Positions 1 through 8,596 of a DNA stretch of 22,909 bases are shown piece after piece. Source of the stretch: an uncultured Clostridium sp. (GTDB taxonomy: Bacteria > Bacillota > Clostridia > TANB77 > CAG-508); NCBI GenBank assembly GCA_964468015.1, contig CAYXUA010000003.1:1-22909 (forward strand). The letters run 5' to 3'. Both the position numbers and the translations under genes were made by a program. The notes beneath the pieces are model-generated. The model was not told where the DNA came from and made no database searches. It was given only the letters and a program-made list of their open reading frames with translations. Within the stretch, counting starts at the first letter, position 1, and the number at the start of each line of letters is the position of its first letter.

Positions 1-133
1 ATATTATAAATTATGTTTTTTTTAAAGGGGTTTATTAAATTTTAATAAAGATTTAACTTTTTTGGGTTTGCTAACAATAATCTTTTACTTGACATTCCTA
101 TTCTCATATTATACAATTCTTTTGGTGATTAAA

Positions 134-295
134 ATGAAAATAGGAAATGTTTTAAAATATAATATTAGAGTAATAGATGCAGATGATAATATTTTATATG
201 AAGGAATTTCAGATGATTCTGGTTCTGATATTAAAGAACTGGAATATAAAGAAGTAGTCGAATTGAATTCTAGTATAATGATATTAAGAGTATAG
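134..295 (+). CDS. small hypothetical protein, probably starting at the internal ATG (MKIGNVLKYNIRVIDADD...)
   Basis: ORF 62..295; internal ATG at 134 begins a plausible soluble, acidic small protein. No recognised family. Confidence 0.45.
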   Translation: MKIGNVLKYNIRVIDADDNILYEGISDDSGSDIKELEYKEVVELNSSIMILRV

Positions 296-325
296 CCTTC
301 ATATTACTATTATTGTACAAAACAA

Positions 326-363
326 AAGCTATGAAATTCTTTTATTCAAAGATTTCATAGCTT
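326..363. terminator. hairpin terminator, possibly bidirectional, between orf1 (+) and the tRNA genes (-)
   Basis: Perfect 12-bp inverted repeat AAGCTATGAAAT (326-337) / ATTTCATAGCTT (352-363), followed on the minus strand by a T-rich run. Confidence 0.7.
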
Positions 364-370
364 ATTTTAT

Positions 371-446
371 TGGCTGGGGTGGGAGGATTCGAACCGCCGA
401 AATGCCAGAGTCAAAGTCTGGTGCCTTACCACTTGGCTACACCCCA
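371..446 (-). tRNA. tRNA-Gln (anticodon UUG), CCA encoded
   Basis: Minus strand TGGGGTGTAGCCAAGTGGTAAGGC...CCAGACTTTGACTCTGG...GGTTCGAATCC...CACCCCAGCCA. 7-bp acceptor, D arm, anticodon TTG in loop CTTTGAC, T arm, CCA. Confidence 0.95.
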
Positions 447-517
447 ATATTAAGTTAAGGGTGAATAGTGAAGATTGAAAAGTTATACTTTTTTCTTCGT
501 TATTCTGTTTTATTTTA

Positions 518-595
518 TGGGGTGGAAGATGGGACTCGAACCCACGACCTCTAGTGCCACAAACTAGCGCTCTAACCAACTGCGCTACATCCACC
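518..595 (-). tRNA. tRNA-His (anticodon GUG), encoded G-1 and CCA
   Basis: Minus strand GGTGGATGTAGCGCAGTTGGTTAGAGCGCTAGTTTGTGGCACTAGAGGTCGTGGGTTCGAGTCCCATCTTCCACCCCA. Loop TTTGTGG gives anticodon GTG; extra 5' G pairs with C73. Confidence 0.94.
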
Positions 596-596
596 A

Positions 597-626
597 AATA
601 ACGGACCATTTATATAGTCCGTTATT
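597..626 (-). terminator. hairpin between sortase genes and tRNA-His
   Basis: Perfect 10-bp stem AATAACGGAC (597-606) / GTCCGTTATT (617-626). No strong T-run, so it could be a terminator or a processing signal. Confidence 0.5.
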
Positions 627-685
627 AATTTTAACTTATTTATATTATATTTGTCAATACTTTTTTAAAATTTTTTAAATTATTT

Positions 686-1378
686 TTATTCTGCTCTTGC
701 CCAAATTATTATTCTTCCGCTGCTATCATCTGTACAGGTTGATAAAGATATTTCCATAGCTCCATTTGTTTCTCTTGTCATATAATCTGAATCTTCTGGT
801 GTTGTTTCATATGTATTATATACAACATATGTAACTTTATTCCCATCTAAATCTGTTATGTAAATTTTATCTCCTACTGTTATCTTTTTATTATCAGAGA
901 AGAATAATCCATTTCTGTAGTTGTGTCCTACAATTACTGTATTCCCTGGTTTATTTAATCCTGGTCCATATAGTATTGCAACTGATGTTTCTATTGATTT
1001 TTTTGTAACTTCTTCTAGTACTGGGTATTTTATTCCTGTTTTTGGTATCTCTATATATCCTACCATTACAAATCCCTTATATAGCTTTGCACTATTTCCA
1101 CCTGAAGTTGTTGTATTTGTTGTATCTGAATTCATTACTCCATCTACATCTGGTTTTACTACATTTTCAGTTGATATAACATTATTTACAACGTTATTGT
1201 TATTATTTGTATTATTGTTAATTTGATTTTCTAATTCATTTATTGCATTCAGTGCATCTTTATCTGTACTATTTCTTGTATATACATCATACGCCCAAAA
1301 GCCTAAAAGTCCAATAATTGCAATTATTACTACTACTAATATAACGGTTAAGACATCACTATATTTACTATCAAACAT
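686..1378 (-). CDS. sortase (transpeptidase) with N-terminal TM anchor and Asn-rich linker
   Basis: TM helix near the N-terminus; catalytic-type motifs VGHNYRN (His), SLSTC (Cys) and GRIIIWAR (Arg). ATG at 1378 preceded by GAGGAGGGG, so the start is likely internal to the 686..1405 ORF. Confidence 0.88.
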   Translation of the reverse strand: MFDSKYSDVLTVILVVVIIAIIGLLGFWAYDVYTRNSTDKDALNAINELENQINNNTNNNNNVVNNVISTENVVKPDVDGVMNSDTTNTTTSGGNSAKLYKGFVMVGYIEIPKTGIKYPVLEEVTKKSIETSVAILYGPGLNKPGNTVIVGHNYRNGLFFSDNKKITVGDKIYITDLDGNKVTYVVYNTYETTPEDSDYMTRETNGAMEISLSTCTDDSSGRIIIWARAE

Positions 1379-1460
1379 CTTTAACCCCTCCTCTATCTTT
1401 CGCATCTATATACTATAATTATACCATATTTTTTATTATTTTCATAGCCTTTTGTCGAAA

Positions 1461-2147
1461 TTATTGTTCTCTTGCCCAGATTATAATTCTTTTTGAAGTA
1501 TCATCATTGCAAGTTGATAGAGATATTTCTCTTGCTCCATTTGTTTCTCTTATCATATATTCTGCATCTTCTGGAGTTGTTTCGTACGTATTGTATACTA
1601 CATATGTAACTTTATTGCCATCTAAGTCTGTTATATATATTTTATCCCCTACTGCTATCTTTCTGTTATTTGAAAAGAACATTCCATTTCTATAATTGTG
1701 TCCTACAATTATTGTATTTCCCGGTTTATTTAGACCTGGTCCATGTAATACTCCAACAGACGCTTCTAGTGATGGTCCTGTTACTTCGGCTAAAACTGGT
1801 AGATTTACATTTGTTTTTGGTATTTCTATATATCCTGCAATTTCAAATCCTCTAAAAGTATTAGATGAATTTGTATTAATACTGCCGCTGTTTCCTGTGG
1901 TAACTGTATTTACCTCTGGTTTTGCTACATTTTCTATAATTTCATTAGTTGTATTTTCATTAATATTATTTTGAATTGTATTATTATGTTTTATCGCTTC
2001 TTCAAATTCATTTATCGCATTCATTGCTTCTTTTTCTAGCGAATTTTTGTTATAAATTTCATATGCCCAGAAACCTAATAATCCTATTATTGCTACTATA
2101 ACTATTATTAATAATATAGTTAATATACTATTATATTTATTTTCCAT
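1461..2147 (-). CDS. sortase, tandem paralogue of the preceding gene
   Basis: Same architecture and motifs (VGHNYRN, SLSTC, RIIIWAR); block VGDKIYITDLDGNKVTYVVYNTYETTPED is identical between the copies. Confidence 0.88.
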   Translation of the reverse strand: MENKYNSILTILLIIVIVAIIGLLGFWAYEIYNKNSLEKEAMNAINEFEEAIKHNNTIQNNINENTTNEIIENVAKPEVNTVTTGNSGSINTNSSNTFRGFEIAGYIEIPKTNVNLPVLAEVTGPSLEASVGVLHGPGLNKPGNTIIVGHNYRNGMFFSNNRKIAVGDKIYITDLDGNKVTYVVYNTYETTPEDAEYMIRETNGAREISLSTCNDDTSKRIIIWAREQ

Positions 2148-2163
2148 TTTTATCCCTCACAAT

Positions 2164-2505
2164 TTATACAATTTTTGTATTAAGTTTAGTTCCTCCTAGT
2201 AGATGGAAATGTATGTGTTTCACTTCTTGCCCGCCATTTTCACCGCAATTTATTATAACCCTAAAGCCATCTTGTGCAATCCCTTGTTCTTCCGCAATTT
2301 GATTTATCACAGCATATATTTTTCCTATTACTGCTTCATCTTGTTTTTCTATATCTGTTATTTTTTCTATGTGTTTTTTTGGTATTACAACTATATGCAC
2401 AGGTGCTTGTGGGTTTATGTCTTTAAATGCTACTATTTCTTCATCTTCATATATTATAGTTGATGGTATTTCTTTATTTATAATTTTACAAAATATACAA
2501 TCCAT
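2164..2505 (-). CDS. HIT family (HinT-like) nucleotide-binding protein
   Basis: MDCIFCKIINKEIPSTIIYEDEEIVAFKDINPQAPVHIVVIPKKHI...HIHFHLLGG; histidine triad HIHFH; AGGAGG upstream. Confidence 0.95.
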   Translation of the reverse strand: MDCIFCKIINKEIPSTIIYEDEEIVAFKDINPQAPVHIVVIPKKHIEKITDIEKQDEAVIGKIYAVINQIAEEQGIAQDGFRVIINCGENGGQEVKHIHFHLLGGTKLNTKIV

Positions 2506-2514
2506 AATTTCCTC

Positions 2515-4275
2515 CTACTCTTTCATTAGTACAGCCTTTATTCTTCTTACTCCAGCTGAACTAGCTTCTTCCTTCTTTATTTTGAATTTTCCTAAAATTC
2601 CTGTATGTTCTACATGTGGTCCTCCGCATATTTCCTTACTAAAATCTCCTATCGAATATACTTTTACTTTCTCTCCATATTTGCTTTCAAATAATCCCAT
2701 TGCACCTGCTGCTTTTGCTTCATCCACTGTCATTTCTTCGCATTTTACTTGTAAATCTTTTTCTATTTGCTCATTCACTATTTTTTCAACTTTCTCCAAT
2801 TCCTCTTTTGTTACTTTTTGAGGATGTGCAAAATCAAATCTTAGTCTTTCTGTTGTTATGTTTGAGCCTTTTTGCGTAGCATGCTCCCCAAGTACTATTT
2901 GTAAAGCCTTGTGAAGTAAGTGAGTTGCTGTATGATACGCTATGGTTGTTTCATTTTGCTCAGCTAGTCCACCTTTAAATTTATTTTCGCTTCCCATTTT
3001 AGATTTTTCTTGATGCTCTTTAAATAATTTATCAAATTCCGTTGTATCTATCTCTATGTTCTGCTCTTTTGCAAGTTCTATGGTCATCTCTAATGGAAAA
3101 CCATAAGTTTCATATAGTTTAAATACCACAGCTCCGTCTATTATCTCTTTTCCTTGCTCTCTTGCTCTTTTAGCTGCTTTATCAAATTCTCTTTCTCCAT
3201 TTTCTAGAGTTCTCATAAATTTATTTTGTTCTTCTGAAATGATTTTATGAATATTTGCTCTGTTTGCTTCTAATTCTGGGTACATTTCTTTTAAATTGTT
3301 AATTGTTATATCTATAACTTCTGCAAATTGTTCTAGAGTAATTTGTAATTTATTCAAGTGCCTTGTTAGTCTTCTTATTAATCTTCTTAAAATATACCCT
3401 CTATCAGTATTACTTGGGACTCCATCATCACAAATAATCATCATACTGCTTCTTATATGGTCTGATATAATTCTTCTGCTGTTTATGTCATCGTTTTGTG
3501 CAAGTTCTTTTAGTTTTTTCATTGTTGGAACAAATAGTTCTGTATCAAATGGAGTTTCTTTACCTTGTAAAAGCATTGTCATTCTTTCTAAGCCTAGTCC
3601 AGTATCTACATTTTGTTGTTCTAATTTTGTGTATACCCCTTCTTTTGATTTGTAGTATTCCATAAAAACATTGTTCCATATTTCTACATATTTGCCACAA
3701 TCGCAAGATGGATTACAATTCTCCGAACATGCAGGTTTTCCAGTATCATAAAACATTTCTGTATCTGGTCCACAAGGGCCTTCATCTCCTGCAATCCACC
3801 AGTTATCATCTTTTCCAAAATGATATATTCTTTCTTGTGGAATTCCAGCTTTAAGCCAAGCCTCTTCTGCCACAGTATCTCTTGGAGCATCTTCATCTCC
3901 TGCAAAAACTGTAACTGATAGCTTCTCTACTGGTATATTTAATACCTTTGTTAAAAATTCAAAGCTCATTTGTATAGCTTCTTCCTTAAAATATGCACCT
4001 AAAGACCAATTACCAAGCATTTCAAAATATGTTAAATGACGGTTATCTCCAACTTCGTCAATATCAACTGTTCTAATACATTTTTGGTAATCTGTAAGCT
4101 TATTACCAGCTGGATGCTTTTCTCCTAGTAGATATGGCACAAGTGGTTGCATACCAGCAGTTGTAAATAATACAGAAGGGTCATTTTCTGGTATTACAGG
4201 GCTGCTTGGGATTACGCTATGTCCTTTACTTTTAAAGAATTCTAAGTATTTATTTCTTATTTCTATTGCTCTCAT
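2515..4275 (-). CDS. alaS: alanyl-tRNA synthetase, short form ending after the editing domain
   Basis: [19 protein letters not shown]...[29 protein letters not shown]...[28 protein letters not shown]-type class II core; [29 protein letters not shown]. GGGGG upstream of ATG at 4275. Confidence 0.95.
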   Translation of the reverse strand: [586 protein letters not shown]

Positions 4276-4465
4276 TTTTCCCCCTTTTCCATTGCCAAAA
4301 GGCAATTATTTTATGCTTTTTAGATTATATTATAAAATATTGTAAAAATCAATAAAAAGATAACGAATTTTCAGTATCCTTTTATTTAGTTTATTTTTTT
4401 TGTGCGGCCCCCTATCAGACTCTTCAAAAAGCATTCAATTTTTTCAACTTTTTTATGTTTTTTTC

Positions 4466-4494
4466 TTTACAAATTGCTAATACTAAGATAAAAT
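4466..4494 (+). promoter_or_regulatory. candidate sigma-A-type promoter for the tsaE-tsaB-rimI operon
   Basis: TTTACA (4466-4471), 17-bp spacer, TAAAAT (4489-4494), about 40 nt upstream of the tsaE ATG. Confidence 0.5.
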
Positions 4495-4533
4495 TAGCAT
4501 ATAAATTTATTTTTTGTAGAAACAGGTGGAATT

Positions 4534-5007
4534 ATGTTTAAATTTATTTCTCATTCAGAAGATGAAACAATCAATTTAGCTTGTAAAATAGCAAGCAAAC
4601 TAAACAATGGAGATTTAATTGTATTATCTGGAAATTTAGGTTCTGGAAAAACTAGATTCACTCAAGGAGTTTTACGAAATTTTGGTTTAGAAAACGATAT
4701 TTCAAGCCCTACTTTCACTATTGTAAATGAGCACCAGGCTGGTAGCACAAACATTTATCACTTCGATGTCTATAGATTACAAGATGTTGATGAATTTTAT
4801 GCTATTGGTGGCGAGGAATATCTTGCAAATGGTATTTGTATTATTGAATGGGGCGAAATAATAGAATCTATTTTACCTAATGACTATATTAAAGTTATTT
4901 TCGAGAGAGATCCTGAAAACGAGAACAATCGTATATTAAATTTTGAAGTACATGGTGATAGATTACTTCCTATTGTTAAGGAGGTTTTAGAAATTGAAAA
5001 TACTTAG
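4534..5007 (+). CDS. tsaE: tRNA threonylcarbamoyladenosine biosynthesis ATPase TsaE
   Basis: Walker A GNLGSGKTRFTQGVLRNFG, SPTFTIVNEHQ, HFDVYRL, IIEWGE; AGGTGG RBS. Confidence 0.93.
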   Translation: MFKFISHSEDETINLACKIASKLNNGDLIVLSGNLGSGKTRFTQGVLRNFGLENDISSPTFTIVNEHQAGSTNIYHFDVYRLQDVDEFYAIGGEEYLANGICIIEWGEIIESILPNDYIKVIFERDPENENNRILNFEVHGDRLLPIVKEVLEIENT

Positions 5008-5669
5008 TATTACTACTTCTAGTAGTGTATGCTCTGTTTGTATTCTGGATAATACTAATATAATAAAAGAATTAAGCCTAGATAATGCTAAAACTCATTC
5101 TGAAAATTTAATGCCTCTTATTTCTCAAGTACTTAGCCAAGCCCCAACTTCACTTGATGATATAGATTATATTGCTTGTGATATTGGCCCTCGGTTCTTT
5201 TACTGGTATAAGAATTGGTATCGCTTCAGTAAAGGCCATGGCAGAAGCTAAAAATATTAAAATAATTCCAGTAACTTCTTTAGAAGCTCTAGCTTACAAT
5301 GTAGATGCTTCTGAAAATTATATTTGTAGTTTAATTGATGCTAGAAATAACAATGCTTATTCTGGCTTATTTGACTCTAATTATAATATAATCCAAAATT
5401 TCTCGGCAGATAGTATTGATGCAATAATAGAAAATTTGCCTGATAAAAAAATAATTTTTGTAGGAAATGCTGCTGAAATCCATAGAGAAAAAATTATAGG
5501 AGTTTTAGGAAATAATGCAATTTTTATAGATAACAATTCACTTTCTTCTGCTAAGCTTGGAATTTGTGCATATACTAAAATTTTAAATAACGAATATGTA
5601 ACAGCTGATACCCTACTTCCATTATATCTACGAAAATCACAGGCTGAAAGGATGTTAGAGAATGGATAA
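4994..5669 (+). CDS. tsaB: tRNA threonylcarbamoyladenosine biosynthesis protein TsaB, in two frames joined by a +1 shift at 5192 (224 aa if one nt is skipped)
   Basis: N part MKILSITTSSSVCSVCILD...YIACDIGP in frame 4994; C part GSFTGIRIGIASVKAMAEAKNIKIIPVTSLEALAY in the +1 frame. Together they give the canonical GPGSFTGIRIG motif. Confidence 0.9.
5192..5195 (+). other. putative +1 frameshift / quadruplet site CGGT
   Basis: Zero frame ...GGC CCT CGG TTC TTT...; skipping C5192 gives GGC CCT GGT TCT TTT ACT = G P G S F T. Confidence 0.6.
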
Positions 5670-6111
5670 TTTTCAAATTTCCTTTATGACTTTAGAAGAT
5701 TTAAATAGCATATCTTCTACACTAAATACAGCTTTTGATAGTTTTTGGAATTATAATATTATAAAATCTGAAATTGATAATCCGGGCTCTTTTGTTCTTG
5801 TTGCTAAAGAGAATAATCAAATAATTGGTTTTGCTGGAATATGGAAAGCTGTTGATATTATGCATTTAATGGATATTGTGGTTGCTAAAGCTTATAGGAG
5901 AAAACACATTGCTAGTCTTTTGCTAGAAGAGATAATAAATTTAAGTTTAAAAAATGACATAAATGAACTAACTCTAGAGGTTAGCCAAAATAATTTACCA
6001 GCCATTAATCTTTATACCAAATTCGGTTTTAAAGAATTAGGCATAAGAAAAAACTATTATGGAGTAAATAATAATGCAATTATTATGACTCTTTACATAG
6101 ATAAAAAATAA
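5662..6111 (+). CDS. rimI: GNAT N-acetyltransferase, RimI-like (ribosomal protein alanine acetyltransferase)
   Basis: IVVAKAYRRKHIASLLLEEIINLS and LEVSQNNLPAINLYTKFGFKELGIRKNYY are RimI hallmarks; location downstream of tsaB. Confidence 0.85.
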   Translation: MDNFQISFMTLEDLNSISSTLNTAFDSFWNYNIIKSEIDNPGSFVLVAKENNQIIGFAGIWKAVDIMHLMDIVVAKAYRRKHIASLLLEEIINLSLKNDINELTLEVSQNNLPAINLYTKFGFKELGIRKNYYGVNNNAIIMTLYIDKK

Positions 6112-6125
6112 GGAGGAACATTTAA

Positions 6126-8534
6126 GTGAAAAAAACAAATGAACTTGATTACACTCATTTAAGAGAGGTTTGTAATCCTAATATGTTTAAATTTAAAACA
6201 ACTGAAGAATTAGCAGGAACTAAAGAAGTTGTATATGGTCAAGAAAGAGGAATTAAAGCACTTGAATTTGGTGTTCAAGTAGAAGCTAAAGGATATAATC
6301 TTTATGTTGAAGGTCCTTCTGGCGTTGGCAAAACTATATATACAAGGAATTATCTAAGAAAAATTTCTAAAAAGAAAAAAATCCCACATGATTGGTGTTA
6401 TATCTATAATTTCGATAATCCAAATGAACCAATTGCAGTTTCTTTCCCTGCCGGTCAAGGTAAAGTATTCAAAAAGGCTATGTCTGATTTTGTTAAGGAT
6501 ATAAAATTAGATATAAAAAGGACTTTTAATAATGAAGACTTTGAAAAAGAAAAGAAATTAATAAAACAAGATTATGAAGAAAAAAGAGCTATCCTTCTTG
6601 AAAAATTAAACGACCAAACAATTAAACACGGCTTCCAAGTAAAATCTGCTCAAAATGGTATTTATATGATGCCTGTTTTAAACGGTAAAACTCTTGATGA
6701 AGAGGAATTTGATAAATTAGATGAAGCTATCAAAAAGGAATTTGAAGATAAATCCAATATTGTTCAAGAACAAATTTTTACTGCTATTAGTGAAATTAAA
6801 TTAATTGAAAAAGAAGCTGATAGAAAAATTGAAGAATGGCAATCCAATGTTGCTCTTCTTACAATTAACCTTCATATAAATGCCATGAAAGCTAATTATA
6901 AGAGAAATAAGAAAATAAATAAATATCTTGATAATATTAAAGCAGACATATTAAAAAATATCTCTTGCTTTGTAAATGATGGAAACCCAGACCCTAAACA
7001 ACAACAAACCTCTCAAGCAATGGCTCAAAAACCTGAAAAATTTAAACCTTGGTTAAATTACAAAGTCAATCTTTTTGTTGACAACAGTGCTTTAGAAGGC
7101 GCTCCTGTTATTATGGACTCTAATTACTCATACCAAAATATTTTTGGAAGACTGGAGTACGAAAATCAATTTGGTGCTTTAAAAACTGACTTCACAATGC
7201 TAAAGCCTGGACTTCTACACCAAGCTAATGGCGGATATATAATATTCCAAGCCAAAGATTTAATCGCAAATCCTGCTTGCTATGAAGGTTTAAAGAAAGC
7301 ATTAAATGTTAAACAATTAAATATAGAAAACACAGTTGACCAACGTACTTCTATGGTTCTTGTTTCTTTGAAACCTGAGCCTATCCCTTTAGATGTAAAA
7401 GTTATACTAGTAGGCGATGCAAATGTATATTATACCCTACTTTCTCTTGATGAAGACTTTAGAAAACTTTTCAAAATAAAAGTTGAATTTGAAGAAGATG
7501 CACCAAGAAATGAAGAAAATATAATGATGCTTGCTGAATTTATTAGTGGTTTCTGCAAACGTGAAGAAATTCTTGAATTAGATAAAGAAGCAATGGCAAA
7601 AATAGTTGAATTTTCTTCTGGACTTGCTGCCGATAAGAATAAGATATCTACCAGATTTAATGAAATGAGCCAAATAGTTGCTGAAGCATCAACTTGGGCA
7701 AAACTTGCCAGAAAGAAAATTATAACAAAGGAATTTATACAAAAGGCTTTAGATGAGCGTATTGAAAGAATTAAGAAATACGATTCTAAATATATGGAAA
7801 TGATTAAAGAAAACACACTATTAATCTCAACTGAAGGAAATGAAGTTGGACAAATAAATGGTTTAACTGTTATGACAATTGGTGATTATTCTTTTGGTAA
7901 ACCTTCCAAAATAACTGTTAACACATATTTAGGTAAGAGTGGAATTATAGACATTGAACGTGAAATAGAACAATCTGGTTCCTCTCATTCAAAGGGAGTA
8001 TTAATATTAGAAGGATATCTAGGCCAAACCTTTGCACAAGAATTCCCACTTTCAGTAAACGCAAGTATTTGTTTTGAACAGCTATATGGCGGAGTTGATG
8101 GAGATAGTGCTTCAAGTACAGAGCTATATGCCCTACTTTCTAGCTTATCGGGAATTCCAATTAATCAATCAATTGCAGTTACTGGTTCAGTTAACCAAAA
8201 AGGAGAAATTCAACCAATAGGCGGAATAAATGAAAAAATAGAAGGATTTTATCAAATTTGCAAAATGCGCGGATTTAATAAAAAACATGGAGTAATAATG
8301 CCAGTACAAAATGTAAGAAACCTACATTTATCTGATGACATAATAGAAGATGTAAAACAAGGAAACTTCCACATATACGCAATTAATACAATAGACGAAG
8401 GAATAGAAATATTAACTGGCGTACCAGCTGGCAAGAAAAACAAAGACGGCAAATTCCCTGCTGGAAGTATAAATTATTTGGTATATGAAAAATTAAAGAA
8501 ATATGCTGATATAAGTAGTGCTAGAGAGAAATAA
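6126..8534 (+). CDS. Lon-family AAA+ ATP-dependent protease (LonB/AAA_32-like)
   Basis: Walker A EGPSGVGKT; Ser site GVDGDSASSTELYALLSSLSG; Lys region GSVNQKGEIQPIGGINEKIEGFY. GTG start with AGGAGG upstream. Confidence 0.88.
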   Translation: MKKTNELDYTHLREVCNPNMFKFKTTEELAGTKEVVYGQERGIKALEFGVQVEAKGYNLYVEGPSGVGKTIYTRNYLRKISKKKKIPHDWCYIYNFDNPNEPIAVSFPAGQGKVFKKAMSDFVKDIKLDIKRTFNNEDFEKEKKLIKQDYEEKRAILLEKLNDQTIKHGFQVKSAQNGIYMMPVLNGKTLDEEEFDKLDEAIKKEFEDKSNIVQEQIFTAISEIKLIEKEADRKIEEWQSNVALLTINLHINAMKANYKRNKKINKYLDNIKADILKNISCFVNDGNPDPKQQQTSQAMAQKPEKFKPWLNYKVNLFVDNSALEGAPVIMDSNYSYQNIFGRLEYENQFGALKTDFTMLKPGLLHQANGGYIIFQAKDLIANPACYEGLKKALNVKQLNIENTVDQRTSMVLVSLKPEPIPLDVKVILVGDANVYYTLLSLDEDFRKLFKIKVEFEEDAPRNEENIMMLAEFISGFCKREEILELDKEAMAKIVEFSSGLAADKNKISTRFNEMSQIVAEASTWAKLARKKIITKEFIQKALDERIERIKKYDSKYMEMIKENTLLISTEGNEVGQINGLTVMTIGDYSFGKPSKITVNTYLGKSGIIDIEREIEQSGSSHSKGVLILEGYLGQTFAQEFPLSVNASICFEQLYGGVDGDSASSTELYALLSSLSGIPINQSIAVTGSVNQKGEIQPIGGINEKIEGFYQICKMRGFNKKHGVIMPVQNVRNLHLSDDIIEDVKQGNFHIYAINTIDEGIEILTGVPAGKKNKDGKFPAGSINYLVYEKLKKYADISSAREK

Positions 8535-8540
8535 CGAAAA

Positions 8541-8568
8541 ATCCCCAGAGAAAAATATCTCTGGGGAT
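8541..8568. terminator. bidirectional hairpin terminator between convergent genes
   Basis: Perfect 11-bp stem ATCCCCAGAGA / TCTCTGGGGAT with loop AAAATA, flanked by A and T tracts. Confidence 0.85.
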
Positions 8569-8596
8569 TTCGTAAAATTACACATTCCTTTTACTA

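Noticed and set aside
4276-4466. T-box riboswitch upstream of alaS
   Set aside because: No AGGGTGGnACCGCG-type T-box sequence or matching antiterminator seen; only a small ATTGCC-TTTT-GGCAAT hairpin just upstream of the RBS.
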